A stretch of DNA of 64,000 nucleotides from Mobula hypostoma (Eukaryota): positions 256,062,001-256,126,000 of the forward strand of contig NC_086097.1 in the NCBI RefSeq assembly GCF_963921235.1, given 5' to 3'. Below are positions 23,170-35,451 of the stretch, piece by piece (within the stretch, counting starts at the first letter, position 1; every line of letters begins with the position of its first letter). The notes under the pieces were generated by a model, which saw nothing but the letters and a program-made list of their open reading frames with translations, did no database searches and had not been told where the DNA came from. The translations under genes and the position numbers were made by a program.

Positions 23170-25210
23170 AGTAAGGGTAGGGAGCAATATCTTAATAATT
23201 ACCCACAGTACTGGTCCCCACAATGTTGTGTCCTCAGCCCTTATTCTTCTGTGTGAACAGGTTTTGCTCTAACTTTATCTGCTAGTTTACAGATGACACC
23301 AGTGTAATGGACTGGATCTCAGAGTACAGGAAGGAGATGCAAAGCCTGGTGGCATGATGTCATAAAGTACAGAAAAGAAACAGGCCCTTTGGCCCATCTA
23401 GTCCATAGAGAGCCACTTAAACTGCCTACTCCCATCAACGTACACAGGGACCATAGCCCTCCATACCCCTACTATCCACGTACTTATCTAAACTTCTCTT
23501 AAACATTGAAATCCAGTTCACATTCACCTCTAGCACTGGCACTTCATTCCACACTCTCAGGACCCTCTGAGTAAAGAATCTTCCCCTCATGTTCCCCTTA
23601 AATTTTTCACCTTTCACCTTTAACCCATTACATCTAACCTCACGGGAAAAAGCCTGCTTGTATTAATCCTATCTATACCCCTTGTAATTTTGTATACACT
23701 GTACCTCAATCAAGTCTCCTCGCAATCTTCTATGTTCTTTGCAATATAGTCCTAACCTATTCAATCTTTCCCTATAACTAAAATCCTCCAGACCCAGAAT
23801 ATTCTTGTAAATTTCCCCTTTACTCTTCAACCTTGTTTACATCTTTCCTACACGTAGGCACCAAAAAAAATCACACAGTACTCTAAATTAGGTTTTACCA
23901 ACGTCTTATACAACTTCAACATAACATCCCATTTCCTGTACTCAATACATTGACTTATGAAGGCCAACGTGCCAGAAGTTTTCTTTACGACCCTATCTAC
24001 ATGTGAAGCCGCTTTCAACAAATTTGGACAGTGATTCCCAGATTCCTTTGTTTTACCACACTACCCTACCGTTCACTGTGCAAGAGCTACCCTGGATGGC
24101 CCTGCCCAAAACATCAGATTAAATTCCATCTGCCATTTCTCAGCCCATTTTTCAAGCTGATGCAGATCCCTTTGCAAGCCATGATAGCCTTCTTCACTGT
24201 CCACTACACTGCCAATTTTGGTATCATCTGCAAATTTGCTGATCCATTTGACCACATTATCATCCAGATTGTTGATATAGATGATAAACAGCAAAAGACC
24301 CAGCACCGATCCTTGTGGCACACCACTAGTCACAGGCCTCCAGTCAGACAGGAAACACTCTACTACAATTCTCTGCCTTCTCCCACAAAGCCAATGCACA
24401 ATCCAGTTTACTACCTCATTTTGAATGCCAAGCAACTGAACGTTTCTGACCAACCTCCCATGGAGAACCTTGCCAAAGTCCGTGTAGACAACAGCCACTG
24501 CCTTGCCTTCATCTACTTTCCCGGTAACTTCCTCGAAAAACTCTATAAGATTGGTTAGACATGATCTACCATGCATGAAGCCCTGCTAACTAACCTTAAT
24601 CAGCCATGCCTTTCCAAATAATTACATATCCAGTCTCTCAGAATACCTTCCAATAACTTTCCTACAACTGATGTCAGACTTACTGGCCTTTAATTTCCTG
24701 GTTTATGTTTGGACGCTTTTTTAAACAGAACATTTTCTATCCTTCAATTCTCTAAGAACATAAGAAATAGGAGCAGGAGAAGGCCATCTGGCCCGTTGCG
24801 TCTGTTCCACCATTCAATAAGGTTATGGCTGATCTGGCCATGACTCATTTCTACTTACCTGCCTTTTCCCCATAATCCTCAATTGCTCTACTATGCAAAA
24901 ATCTATCCAACCTGGTCTTAAATACATTTACTGAGGTAGCCCCCACTGCTTCATTGAGCAGAGAATTCCACAGATTCACCACTCCCTGGGAAAAGCAGTT
25001 CCTCCTCATCTCCATCCTACACCCCCGAATCTTGAGGCTATGTCCCCTAGTTCTTGTCTCACCAATTAGTGGAAACAACTTTTCTGCTTCTCCTATTGCT
25101 AAGGATGATTTAAAATATCACGACAACTTTTCCCTTGGCGTTAGCAAAACAAAAGAGCTGGTCATTGACTCCATGAAGTGGGGAGGGGTGGATAGTACAA
25201 ATGCTCTTAT
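23170..25210. mobile_element. Old Rex1-like RT fragment (+; about 23170-23362 and 25110-25210) split by minus-strand CR1 copies (about 23363-25095)
   Basis: …CVLSP…FTDDT then NFSLGVSKTKELVID on the plus strand; CR1 RT ORF 24073..24576 on the minus strand. Confidence 0.65.
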
Positions 25211-25219
25211 TTATATTTA

Positions 25220-26495
25220 GATACTATTCAACTGTTGAGGAGGATGACCTACCGGGGGGAGCCACAGTGAATCTGGGCAGAGAGATGAAGAGTACTGAAG
25301 AGTTGATGGGAGAGCTGTTAGTCAGAAGAACAGAGACAAGGTTCTGTGGGCACAATAGAGACATCCGGATGGTATGTTGCCTACTTGGTATGAGATCAGG
25401 GATGTCTCGGATTGGATTCATGGCATTATCAAGGGCAATGGTGAGCAGCTAGAACCCTTGGTGCATATTGGCACCAATGACATAGATAGACAAGGTGAGA
25501 AGGTCCTGAAGAGAGATTTTAGGGGGCTAGGTCGAACGCTGAGAAACAGAACTTCCAGTGCAGTAATCTCTGGATTACTACCTGTGCCATGTGCCAGCGA
25601 GGGGAAGAACAGAATGATTTGGCAGGTGAATGCGTGGCTGAGGAACTGGTGCTGGGTTCAGATTTATCGATCATTGGATAATTTCTGAGGAAGGTACGAC
25701 CTGTACAAAAGGGTCGAGTTACATCTGAACCTGATGGGTTCCACTATCCTTGTAGGCAGATTGGCTAGAGTTGATTAAGGTGCCTTTAAACTAATTTGGC
25801 AGGAGGATGGAGTCATAGTGCTGAAAATGAGGCAGTTGATTTACAAACAGAGGCAATGTAGCAGTTGATTTACAATAAGTGGGAAGTTGGATGATTGGGA
25901 AGCTTTTAAAATCCAACAAAAGGCAACCAAAAAACTATAAGAAAGAGAAAAGATGAAGTATGAAGGCAGACTAGCCAATAATATAAAGCAAGATACCAAA
26001 AGTTTTTTTTCCAGTCTTGGTGAGGTAGGAATGGGGGACAAAGAAATGGCAGATGAACTTAATGGGTTCTTTGCATCAGTCTTCACTGTGGAAGACACCA
26101 GCAGTGTGCCAGAGGTTCATGAGTGTCAGGGAGCAAAGTGAGTGCCATTGCTCTTACAAAAGAAAAAGTTTTGGGCAAACTCCAGGTCTTACGGTGGATA
26201 AGTCACCTGGGCCAGATGGACTACATCCCACAGTCCTGAGAGAGGTTACTGAAGAGATAACGGATGCATTAGATATGATCTTTCAAGAATCATCTAATTC
26301 TAGCACAGCTCCAGAGGACTGAAAGATTGCAAATGTCAATCCACTCTTTAAGAAGGTAGGAAGGCAAAAGAAAGGAAATAATTGGCCAGTTAGCCTAACC
26401 TCAGTGGCTGGGAAAGTGTTGGAGTCTATTATTTCAGATGAGATTTCGAGGTTCTTAATGATAAAATAAATCAAAGTTAGCATGGCTTAGCAAAG
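25220..26495 (+). mobile_element. Decayed CR1 ORF1/ORF2 with internal deletions
   Basis: HIGTNDI…VISGLLPVP (ORF1) followed by ORF2 linker peptides. Confidence 0.75.
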
Positions 26496-26504
26496 TTAGC
26501 AAAG

Positions 26505-28277
26505 TTAGAAAATGATGCTGGAGAAATTGTAATGGGAGATAAGGAGATGGCGGAGGAACTGAACGAGTATTTTGCATTAGTCTTCACTGAGGAAGACATC
26601 AGCAGCATACCGGACACTCAAGGGTGGCAGGGAAGAGAAGTGTGCACAGTCACAATTACGACAGAGAAAGTACTCAGGAAGCTGAATAGTCTAAAGGTAG
26701 ATAAATCTGCTGGACCAGATGGAATGCATCCTCGTGTTCTGAAGGAAGTAGCTGTGGAGATTGCGGAGGCATTAGCGATGATCTTTCAAAAGTCAATAGA
26801 TTCTGGCATGGTTCCGGAGGACTGGAAGATTGCAAATGTCACTCCGCTACTTAAGAAGGGGGCAAGGAAGCAAAAAGGAAATTATAGACCTGTTAGCTTG
26901 ACATCGGTGGTTGGGAAGTTGTTGGAGTCGATTGTCAAGGATTAGGTTACAGAGTACCTGGAGGCATATGACAAGATAGGCAGAACTCAGCATGGATTCC
27001 TTAAAGGAAAATCCTGTCTGACAAACCTATTACAATTTTTTGAGGAAATTACAAGTAGGCTAGACAAGGGAGATGCAGTGGATGTTGTATATTTGGATTT
27101 TCAGAAGGCCTTTGACAAGGTGCCACACATGAGGCTACTTAACAAGAGCCGATGGAATTACGGGAAAGTTACATAAGTGGATAAGTTGGCTGATTGGCAG
27201 GAAACAGAGAGTGGGAATAAAGGGATCCTATTCTGGTTGGCTGCCGGTTACCAGTGGTGTTCCACAGGGGTCCATGTTGGGGCCGCTTCTTTTTACATTG
27301 TACATCAACGATTTGGATTATGGAATAGATGGCTTTGTTGCTAAGTTGCTGACGATACGAAGATAGGTGGAAGGGTCGGTAGTGCTGAGGAAACGGACAG
27401 TCTGCAGAGAGACTTGGATAGATTGGAAGTATGGGCAAAGAAGTGGCAAATGAAGTACAATGTTGGGAAGTGTATGGTTATGCACTTTGGCAGAAGAAAT
27501 AAACGGGTAGACTATTATTTAAATGGGGAGAGAATTCAAAGTTCTGAGATGCAACGGGACTTGGGAGTCTTCGTACAGGATACCCTTAAGGTTAACCTCC
27601 AGGTTGAGTCGGTGGTGAAGAAGGTGAATGCAATGTTGGCATTCATTTCTAGAGAAATAGAGTACAGGAGCAGGGATGTGATGTTGAGGCTTTATAAAGC
27701 ACTGGTGAGACCTCACTTGGAGTACCGTAGGCAGTTTTGGTCTCCTTATTTAAGAAAGGATGTGCTGACGTTGGAGAGGGGACAGAGAAGATTCACTAGA
27801 ATGACTCCAGGAATGAGAGGGTTAACATATGAGGAACATTTGTCCGCTCTTGGACTGTATTCCTTGGAGTTTAGAAGAATGAGGGGAGATCTCATAGAAA
27901 CATTTTGAATGTTGAAAGGCATGGACAGAGTGGATGTGGCAAAGTTGTTTCCCATGATGGGGGAATCTAGTACGACAGGGCATAACTTAAGGATTGAAGG
28001 GCACCCATTCAGAACAGAAATGCGAAGAAATTTTTTTAGCCGGAGGGTGGTGAATCTATGGAATTTGTTGCCACAGGCGGCAGTGGAGGCCAAGTCATTG
28101 GGTGTATTTAAGGCAGAGATTGATAGGTATCTGAATAGCCAGGGCATCAAAGGTTATGGTGGGAAGGCGGGGGAGTGGGACTAAATGGGAGAACGGATCA
28201 GCTCATGAAAAAATGGTGGAGCAGACTCAATGGGCCAAATGGCCGACTTCTGCTCCTTTGTCTTATGGTCTTATGGT
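26505..28277 (+). mobile_element. CR1 subfamily C, 5'-truncated (RT and TCTTATGG tail)
   Basis: ORFs 26532..26945, 27414..27908 and 27909..28184; nearly identical to 62683-64000. Confidence 0.88.
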
Positions 28278-31200
28278 TTCTGTAAAGGAAATCTTGCCTG
28301 ACGAATCTATTAGAGATCTTCGAAGAAGTAACAAACAGGGTAGCCAAAGGAGAGGCAGTGGATGGAGAAGGCGCTTGATAAGGTGCCACACATGAGGCTG
28401 CTTAACAAGATAAAATCCAATGGCATTATAGGAAAGATACTGGCATGGAGAGCGGAATGGCTGATAGGCAGGAGGCAGCAAGTGGAATAAAAGGGGCCTT
28501 TTCTGGTTGGCTGACGGTGACTAATGGTGTTCCTCAGGGGTCAGTATTGGGACCACTACTTTTCACATTGTTTGTCAATAATTTAGATAATGGAATTGAT
28601 GGTTTTGTGGCAAAGTTTGCGGATGATACGAAGATAGGTGGAGGGGTTAGTAGCGCTGAGGAAGCAATGCAATTGCAGCAGGACGTAGACAAATCGGAAG
28701 AAGGGGCAAAAAAATGGCAAATACACTTGGGAAATTATGATAATACATTTTGGTAAATGGAGTGAAGGTTCAAAGGGATAAGATAAAAGCATTTATTTCA
28801 AAAGGAATAGATTATAAAATCAAGGAGATAATGCTGAGCCTTTATTAGACACTAGTCGGGCCACACTTGGGAGTATTTTCAACAGTTTTGGGTTCCTTAT
28901 CTCAGAAAGAATGTCCTGTTATCGGACAGAGCCCACAGGAGGTTCAGGAGGATGATTCCAAGAATGAAGGGATTAACATATGAGGAGTGTTTGGCAGCTT
29001 TGGGCCTGAACTCACTGGAATTTAGAAGAACACAAGGGGATCTCATTGAAACCTACTGAATGTTGGAAGAACTAGATAGGGTGGATGTGGAGAGGATGTT
29101 TCCTCTGGTGGGGAATCCAGAACTAGAGGGCACAGCCTCAAAATTGAGGGGTAACCCTTTAGAAGAGAGGTAAGGAGGAATTTTTTTAGCCAGTGAGCAG
29201 TAGATCTGTGGAATGCTCTGCCACAGACTGCAGTGGAGGCCAAGAGCGTGGATATATTTAAGACGGAAGCTGATCATTTCCTGATCAGTCAGGGCATCAG
29301 AGGATCTGGTGAAGCAGATTCGATGAGCTGAATGGCCTAGTTCTGCTCCTATGTCTTATGTGTAGTGAGATCTCCAGCAAGGTGAGGTTGATAATAGGCA
29401 AAATTGCAGTCAACAGAGTGAGCTGCAACGTAAAAGGTAGACAAAATCAAAAAGGCGAATACAGGACTGAAAGTGTTATATTTAAATGTACGCAGTATAC
29501 AGAATAAGGTAGATGAACTTGTAGCACAGTTACAGATTGGCATGTATGATGTTGTAGGCATCACTGAATCATGGCTGAAAGAAGATTATAGCTGGATGCT
29601 TAATGTCCAAGGATACATATTGTATCGAAAGGACAGGCAAGGAGGCAGAGGGGCTGGTGTTGCTCTGTTGGTAAAAAATGAAATCAAATCATTAGAAAGA
29701 GCTGAAATAAGGTCAGAAGGTGTTGAATCATTGTGGATAGAGCAAAGGAACTGCAAGGGTAAAAAGCCACTTATGGGGGTTGTATACAGCAGTGGTCCCC
29801 AACCACCGGGCCGCAAAGCATGCGCTACCGGGCCGTGAGGAAGCGATATGATTTGGCGATAGGAGTCAGTTGCACCTTTCCTCATTCCCTGTCACGGCCA
29901 CTGTTGAGCCATTACGCACGCAAGGTCATTACGTCATCCATGTCAGCGCGGGATGGAGATCAACTCCTCAAGCTCGCAAATGACGGCGGGCTGAAAAGTA
30001 TGTTTGACATAACATCTCTGCTGGCATTCTGGATCAAAGTCAAGGCTAAAAATCCTGAGATAGCCACGAAACAACTGAAAACGTTGCTTCCATTTCCAAC
30101 ATATCTCTGCAATGAATGCAACAAAAACTAAATTGCGAAATAGACTGGACATAGGGAACCCCCTTCGAGTATCGCTGTCTCCCATCACCCCTCGATAGGA
30201 CCGTCTTGTTGCAGGTAAACAAGCCCAGGGCTCCCACTGATTCAGCGATATTGGTGTTTTGCAATGATTTTATATGTTCATACTGGGAAAATATGCGTTG
30301 CGTGTTTAATATCCAAACGTTACTTAAAATGTTATGATGCTATTGACTTACTTATATAACCATATAACAATTATAGCACGGAAACAGGCGATCTCGGCCC
30401 TTCTAGTCCGTGCCGAATGCTACTCACCTAGTCCCACCGACCTGCACTCAGCCCATAACCCTCCAATCCTTTCCTGTCCATATGCCTATCCAATTTTTCT
30501 TTAAATGATAATATCGAACCTGCCTCTACCACTTCTACTGGAAGTTCGTTCAACACTTACTTCAAGCTCCCCTGATAATTGACTTATCACTATATTCATG
30601 CGAGGAAAATATGCGCTGAGTGTTTAATATTAACCCTTAGATAAACCCTTTTAGAAAGGAAATTGAGTGTATTAGCCACTTATCATCTATATTCCAGTCG
30701 TGATTAACCCGCCCCGAACAGAATCGCCAAAAACAATTTGTAGAATAAAATCGTACACACATGCACAAGTCACGCATGCGCGCTGGTGCCCGCGCAAGGC
30801 TTCATGGTCATTGTAGTCTTTCTCCGGGTAAACCCAGCGTATTTGACAGCTACTCATGTCCGTTGGCAACCCTACCACCACCACCCCCAGTCGGCCGGTC
30901 TGCAAGAATATTGTCAATATGAAACCAGTCCGCAGTGCGAGAAAGGTTGGGGACCCCTGGTATACAGACCCCAAAACAGTAGCAAGGATGTGGTCTACAA
31001 ATTACAGTGGGAGGTGGAAAATGCTTGCAAAAAGGGCAATGTTACAATAGTCAGGGGGATTTCTATATGCAGGTAGATTTAGAAAATCAGGTTGGGGCTG
31101 GATCCAAGAGGAGGAATTTCAGAATGCGCAATGAGATGGGTTTTTAGAGCAGCTCGCAGTTGATCAGTTATTCTGTATCAGGAGCTATGCAATGAACCAG

Positions 31201-31535
31201 AATTGATTAGAGAGCTGAAGGTAAAATAACCTAAGGGGGAGAGTGATCATGATTGAAATTCACCCTTAATTTTGAAAAGGAGAAGCTAAAGTCAGATGCA
31301 TCAGAATTATGTGGAGCAAAGGGAAGTACAGAGGTGAGGCATTAGAGAAGAGTTGGCCAGAACTGACTGAATGAAGAACACAACAGGATGACAGCAGAGT
31401 GGCAATGGCTGGAATTTCTGGAAGCAATTCAGAAAGCACAGGATATATATATATCCTAAAAAGGAAGACGTATTCCAAGACAAATTGACACAACTGTGGC
31501 TAACAAGAAAAGTCAAAGCCAACATAAAAGCAAAG
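28278..31535 (+). mobile_element. Older CR1 fragments (RT/3' end, then an EN region interrupted by the hAT element)
   Basis: ORF 28445..28756 (FADD) and ORF 29473..29838 (YLNVRSI…GITESW); the EN resumes as YRP after 30960. Confidence 0.78.
29790..30959 (+). mobile_element. hAT (Charlie/Buster-like) non-autonomous deletion derivative
   Basis: TIRs CAG(T/G)GGTCCCCAACC; perfect 8-bp TSD GTATACAG at 29782-29789 and 30960-30967; internal hAT C-terminal remnant (LLAFWIKVKAKNPEIATK…LLPFPTYLC). Confidence 0.9.
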
Positions 31536-34500
31536 AGACCATAAGATATAGGAGCAGAATTAGGCCATTTGGCCCATCGAGTCTGCTCCGCCACTTCAGC
31601 CGCCTCCTCCTGCCTTCTCCCTATATCCCTTCATGCCCTAATCAATCAAGAATCTATCAACCTCTGTCTTAAATATACATAAAGACTTGGCCTCCACAGA
31701 TTCAGCACTCTCTGCTTAAAGAAATTACTCCTCATCTCCACTCTGAAAGAATGTCCCTCTATGCTGAGGTTCTGCCCCCTGGTCCTATACTCTCCCACAA
31801 TGGGAAACATCCTCTCTACATTTCGTCTATCAAGGCTTTTCATCATTTGATAGGTTTCAATAAGGTCACCACTCTTCTTCTGAATGCTAGTGAATATAGG
31901 TCCAGAGCCATCAAATGCTGTTCATATGACACACTATCCAATCTTGGAATCATTTTCGTGATGCTCCTTTGAACCCCCTCCAGTTTCAGCACATCCTTTC
32001 GAAGATAATGGGCACACATATGCTCAGAATACTCCAAGTGAGACCTCACCAGTGCTTTATTAAGTTTCAGCAATACACCCTTGCTTTTATATTTTAGTCC
32101 TCTTGAAATGAACATTGCATTTGCCTTCCTCACCACAGACTCCATAGAACCATAGAACCTACAGCACAGAAACAGGCCCTTTGGCCCTTCTTGGCTGTGC
32201 CGAACCATTTTCTGCCTAGTCCCACTGACCTGCACACGGACCATATCCCTCCATACACCTCCCATCCATGTATCTGTCCAATTTATTCTTAAATGTTAAA
32301 AAAGAACCTGCATTTACCACCTCGTCTGGCAGCTCATTCCATACTCCCACCACTCTCTATGTGAAGAAGCCCCCACTAATGTTCCCTTTAAACTTTTCCT
32401 CCCTCACCCTTAAACCATGTCCTCTGGTTTTTTTCTCCCCTTGCCTCAGTGGAAAAAGCCTGCTGCATTCACTCTATCTATACCCATCATAATTTTATAT
32501 ATCTCTATCAAATCTCCCCTCATTCTTCTACGCTCCAGGGAATAAAGTCCTAACCTATTCAACCTTTCTCTGTAACTGAGTTTCTCAAGTCCCGGCAACA
32601 TCCTTGTAAACCTTCTCTGCACTCTTTCAACCTTATTTATATCCTTCCTGTAATTTGGTGACCAAAACTGAACACAATACTCCAGATTCGGCCTCACCAA
32701 TGCCTTATACAACCTCATCATAACATTCTAGCTCTTATACTCAATACTTCGATTCATAAAGGCCAATGTACCAAAAGCTCTCTTTACGACCCTATCTACC
32801 TGTGACGACACTTTTAGGGAATTTTGTATCTGTATTCCCAGATCCCTCTGTTCCACTGCACTCCTCAGTGCCTTACCATTAACCCTGTATGTTCTACGTT
32901 GGTTTGTCCTTCCAACGTGCAATACCTCACACTTGTCAGTATTAAACTCCATCTGCCATTTTTCAGCCCATTTTTCCAGCTGGTCCAAGTCCCTCTGCAG
33001 GCTCTGAAAACCTTCCTCACTGTCTACTACACCTCCAATCTTTGTATCATCAGCAAACTTGCTGATCCAATTTACCACATTATCATCCAGATCATTGATA
33101 TAGATGACAAATAACAATGGACCCAGCACTGATCCCAGTGGCACACCACTAGTCACTGGCCTCCACTCAGAGAAGCAATTCTCTACCACCACTCTCTGGC
33201 TTCTTCCATCGAGCCAATGTCTAATCCAATTCACCACTTCTCCATGTATACCTAGCGACTGAATTTTCCTAACTAACCTCCCATGCGGGACCTTGTCAAA
33301 GGCCTTACTGAAGTGCATGTAGACAATATCCACTGCCTTCCCTTCATCCACTTTCCTGGTAACCTCCTCGAAAAACTCCAACAGATTGGTCAAACATGAC
33401 CTACCATGCTCAAAGCCATGTTGACTCTCCCTAATAAGTCCCTGTCTATCCAAATGCTTGTAGATTCTGTCTCTTAGTACTCCCTCCAATAACTTATCTA
33501 CTACTGACATTAAACTCACCGGCCTATAATTTCCCGGATTACTTTTCGATCCTTTTTTAAACAACGGAACAACATGAGCCACTCTCCAATCCTCCAGCAC
33601 TTCACCCGTAGACAGCAACATTTTAAATATTTCTGCCAGGGCCCCCACAATTTCAACACTAGTCTCCTTCAAGGTCCGAGGGAACACTCTGTTAGGTCCC
33701 GGGGATTTATCCACTTCAATTTTCCTCAAGACAGCAAGCACCTCCTCCTTTTCAATCTGTACAGTTTCCATGGTCTCACTAATTGATTCCCTCAATTCCA
33801 TAGATTTCATGCCAGCTTCCTTAGTAAATACAGACGCAAAAAACCTATTTAGGGTCTCCCCCATTTCCTTTGGTTCCGCACAAAGCCGACCACTCTGATC
33901 TTCAAGAGGACCAATTTTATCCCTTACAATCCTTTTGCTCTTAATATACTTGTAAAAGCTCTTTGGATTATCTGCAAATTAACGAAAATTAACCTTTAGG
34001 GAGTCCTGCACATGGACTCCCAAGTCCCTTTGCACCCCAGATTTTTGTATTTTCTCTCCATTTAGAAAATAGTCAACCCTTTCATTTCTTCTACCAAGTC
34101 ATCACCATACACTCCATTTGCCATTTCCTTGACCATTCTCCTTCAGCAATTTCCTCAAACCTATCTCTACTTCCTCAAACCTAGCTATCTCTTCACCTAT
34201 ATTCATAATTATTTGCAAACTTTGCAACAAAGCCATCATTTCCATCATCCAAATCATTGACACATAAGGTAAAAAGAATCGGTCCCAATATAGACCCTTG
34301 TGGAACACCACTAGTAACCGGAAGTCAGAGAGAAAAGGCTCCCTTTATTCCCACTCTTTGCCTCCTACCAGTCAGCCAAAGCGTTATCCATCGTAGAACC
34401 TTTCCTGTAATACCTTGGGTCCGTAGCTTGTTAAGCAGCTTCACGTGTGGCACCTTGTGAAAGACCTTCTGAAAATCCCAGCACACAACAAGAATTGATT

Positions 34501-34745
34501 CGGCTTTGCCTACCCTGCATGTTATTTCTTCAAAGAATTCCAAGAGATTTATCAAGCAAATTTCTCTTGAGAAAACCATGCTGACTAAGGTCTTTTTTAC
34601 CATGTGCCTCCAAGTACCCAGAGATGTCATACTTAACAATCGACTTCAACATCTTCCCAACCACTGAGATCAGACTAACTGGCCTATAGCTTACTTTCTT
34701 CTGCCTCTCTCCCTTCTTGAAGAGTGGAGTGATTCTTGAAAGATC
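31536..34745 (-). mobile_element. Older minus-strand CR1 interrupted by a young subfamily-B copy
   Basis: Tail at about 31536; the host sequence stops at cagactc (about 32142) and resumes at tgcaaattaac (about 33973). Confidence 0.78.
32143..33972 (-). mobile_element. CR1 subfamily B, 5'-truncated, with long RT ORF
   Basis: ORF 32728..33864 (378 aa) and 32446..32721; near-identical to 14932-16785. Confidence 0.9.
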
Positions 34746-34787
34746 ATTGTTACATTGCCTGTTCTATTTACTATAAATTATTATAAA

Positions 34788-35354
34788 TGTAACACGCTGT
34801 AAGGATTCACTGCTAATGTAATGGCTTCTCTGTAATGTTCCACTGCTAAGTAATGGTTTCTCTGTAGCAGCAATGTTTGGGTTATGACTAGAGATAATGG
34901 GGCACGTTAGACAATGAGCGGGATGTTGTTCTTTCTTGTGTGTCTGGGAGTCGGGAATTCGCAGTCTTTTGCCGGGGGGAGATGAGGAAAGAAGACGCGA
35001 ATGCAGAGAGTTGGTAGACCGCCGGATGGGGTGGACTTAGAGCGAGGGTCCAAAGGTCAGTGACGATCGGAGGAGGCCGATGGTGGACGAATAGCCTTAT
35101 CAGTGAGCTCCAACGATGCGTATTAAACTGTTTCATGAGGATGGCCCCTTTTCTTTACTAACCATATAGTCAAATTAAGAATTATAAAGCTCCAGTCGAT
35201 TAATCGCATATTGTGTACTGTTTGTTATTTCGTTGTACTGATTTGTAACAGGGGACACATCGTGCAGTATCCACCCAAATGAGATTTCTTAAGTTTGGCT
35301 GGGCCGGAGGCTATCATCTCCTATATTAGGTTGCTAGCCAAACTGAGAGTTACA
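34788..35354 (+). mobile_element. Gypsy solo LTR (567 bp)
   Basis: TGTAAC…GTTACA termini; 4-bp TSD TAAA at 34784-34787 and 35355-35358; shares blocks (gagctccaac; tttactaacc…gtcaaattaaga) with the LTR at 4722-5335. Confidence 0.85.
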
Positions 35355-35451
35355 TAAATTACTATGATTGCAAATTTAGACAGAGAGGTAATATAAAGAT
35401 TTTTACTCCTCATGTATGTGAAGCATGTAAGAAATAAAGTCAATTCAATTC

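Noticed and set aside
29820..30131. Domesticated ZBED/SCAND-like gene exon
   Set aside because: The fragment lies inside TIRs with an 8-bp TSD, is internally deleted, and lacks convincing splice context.
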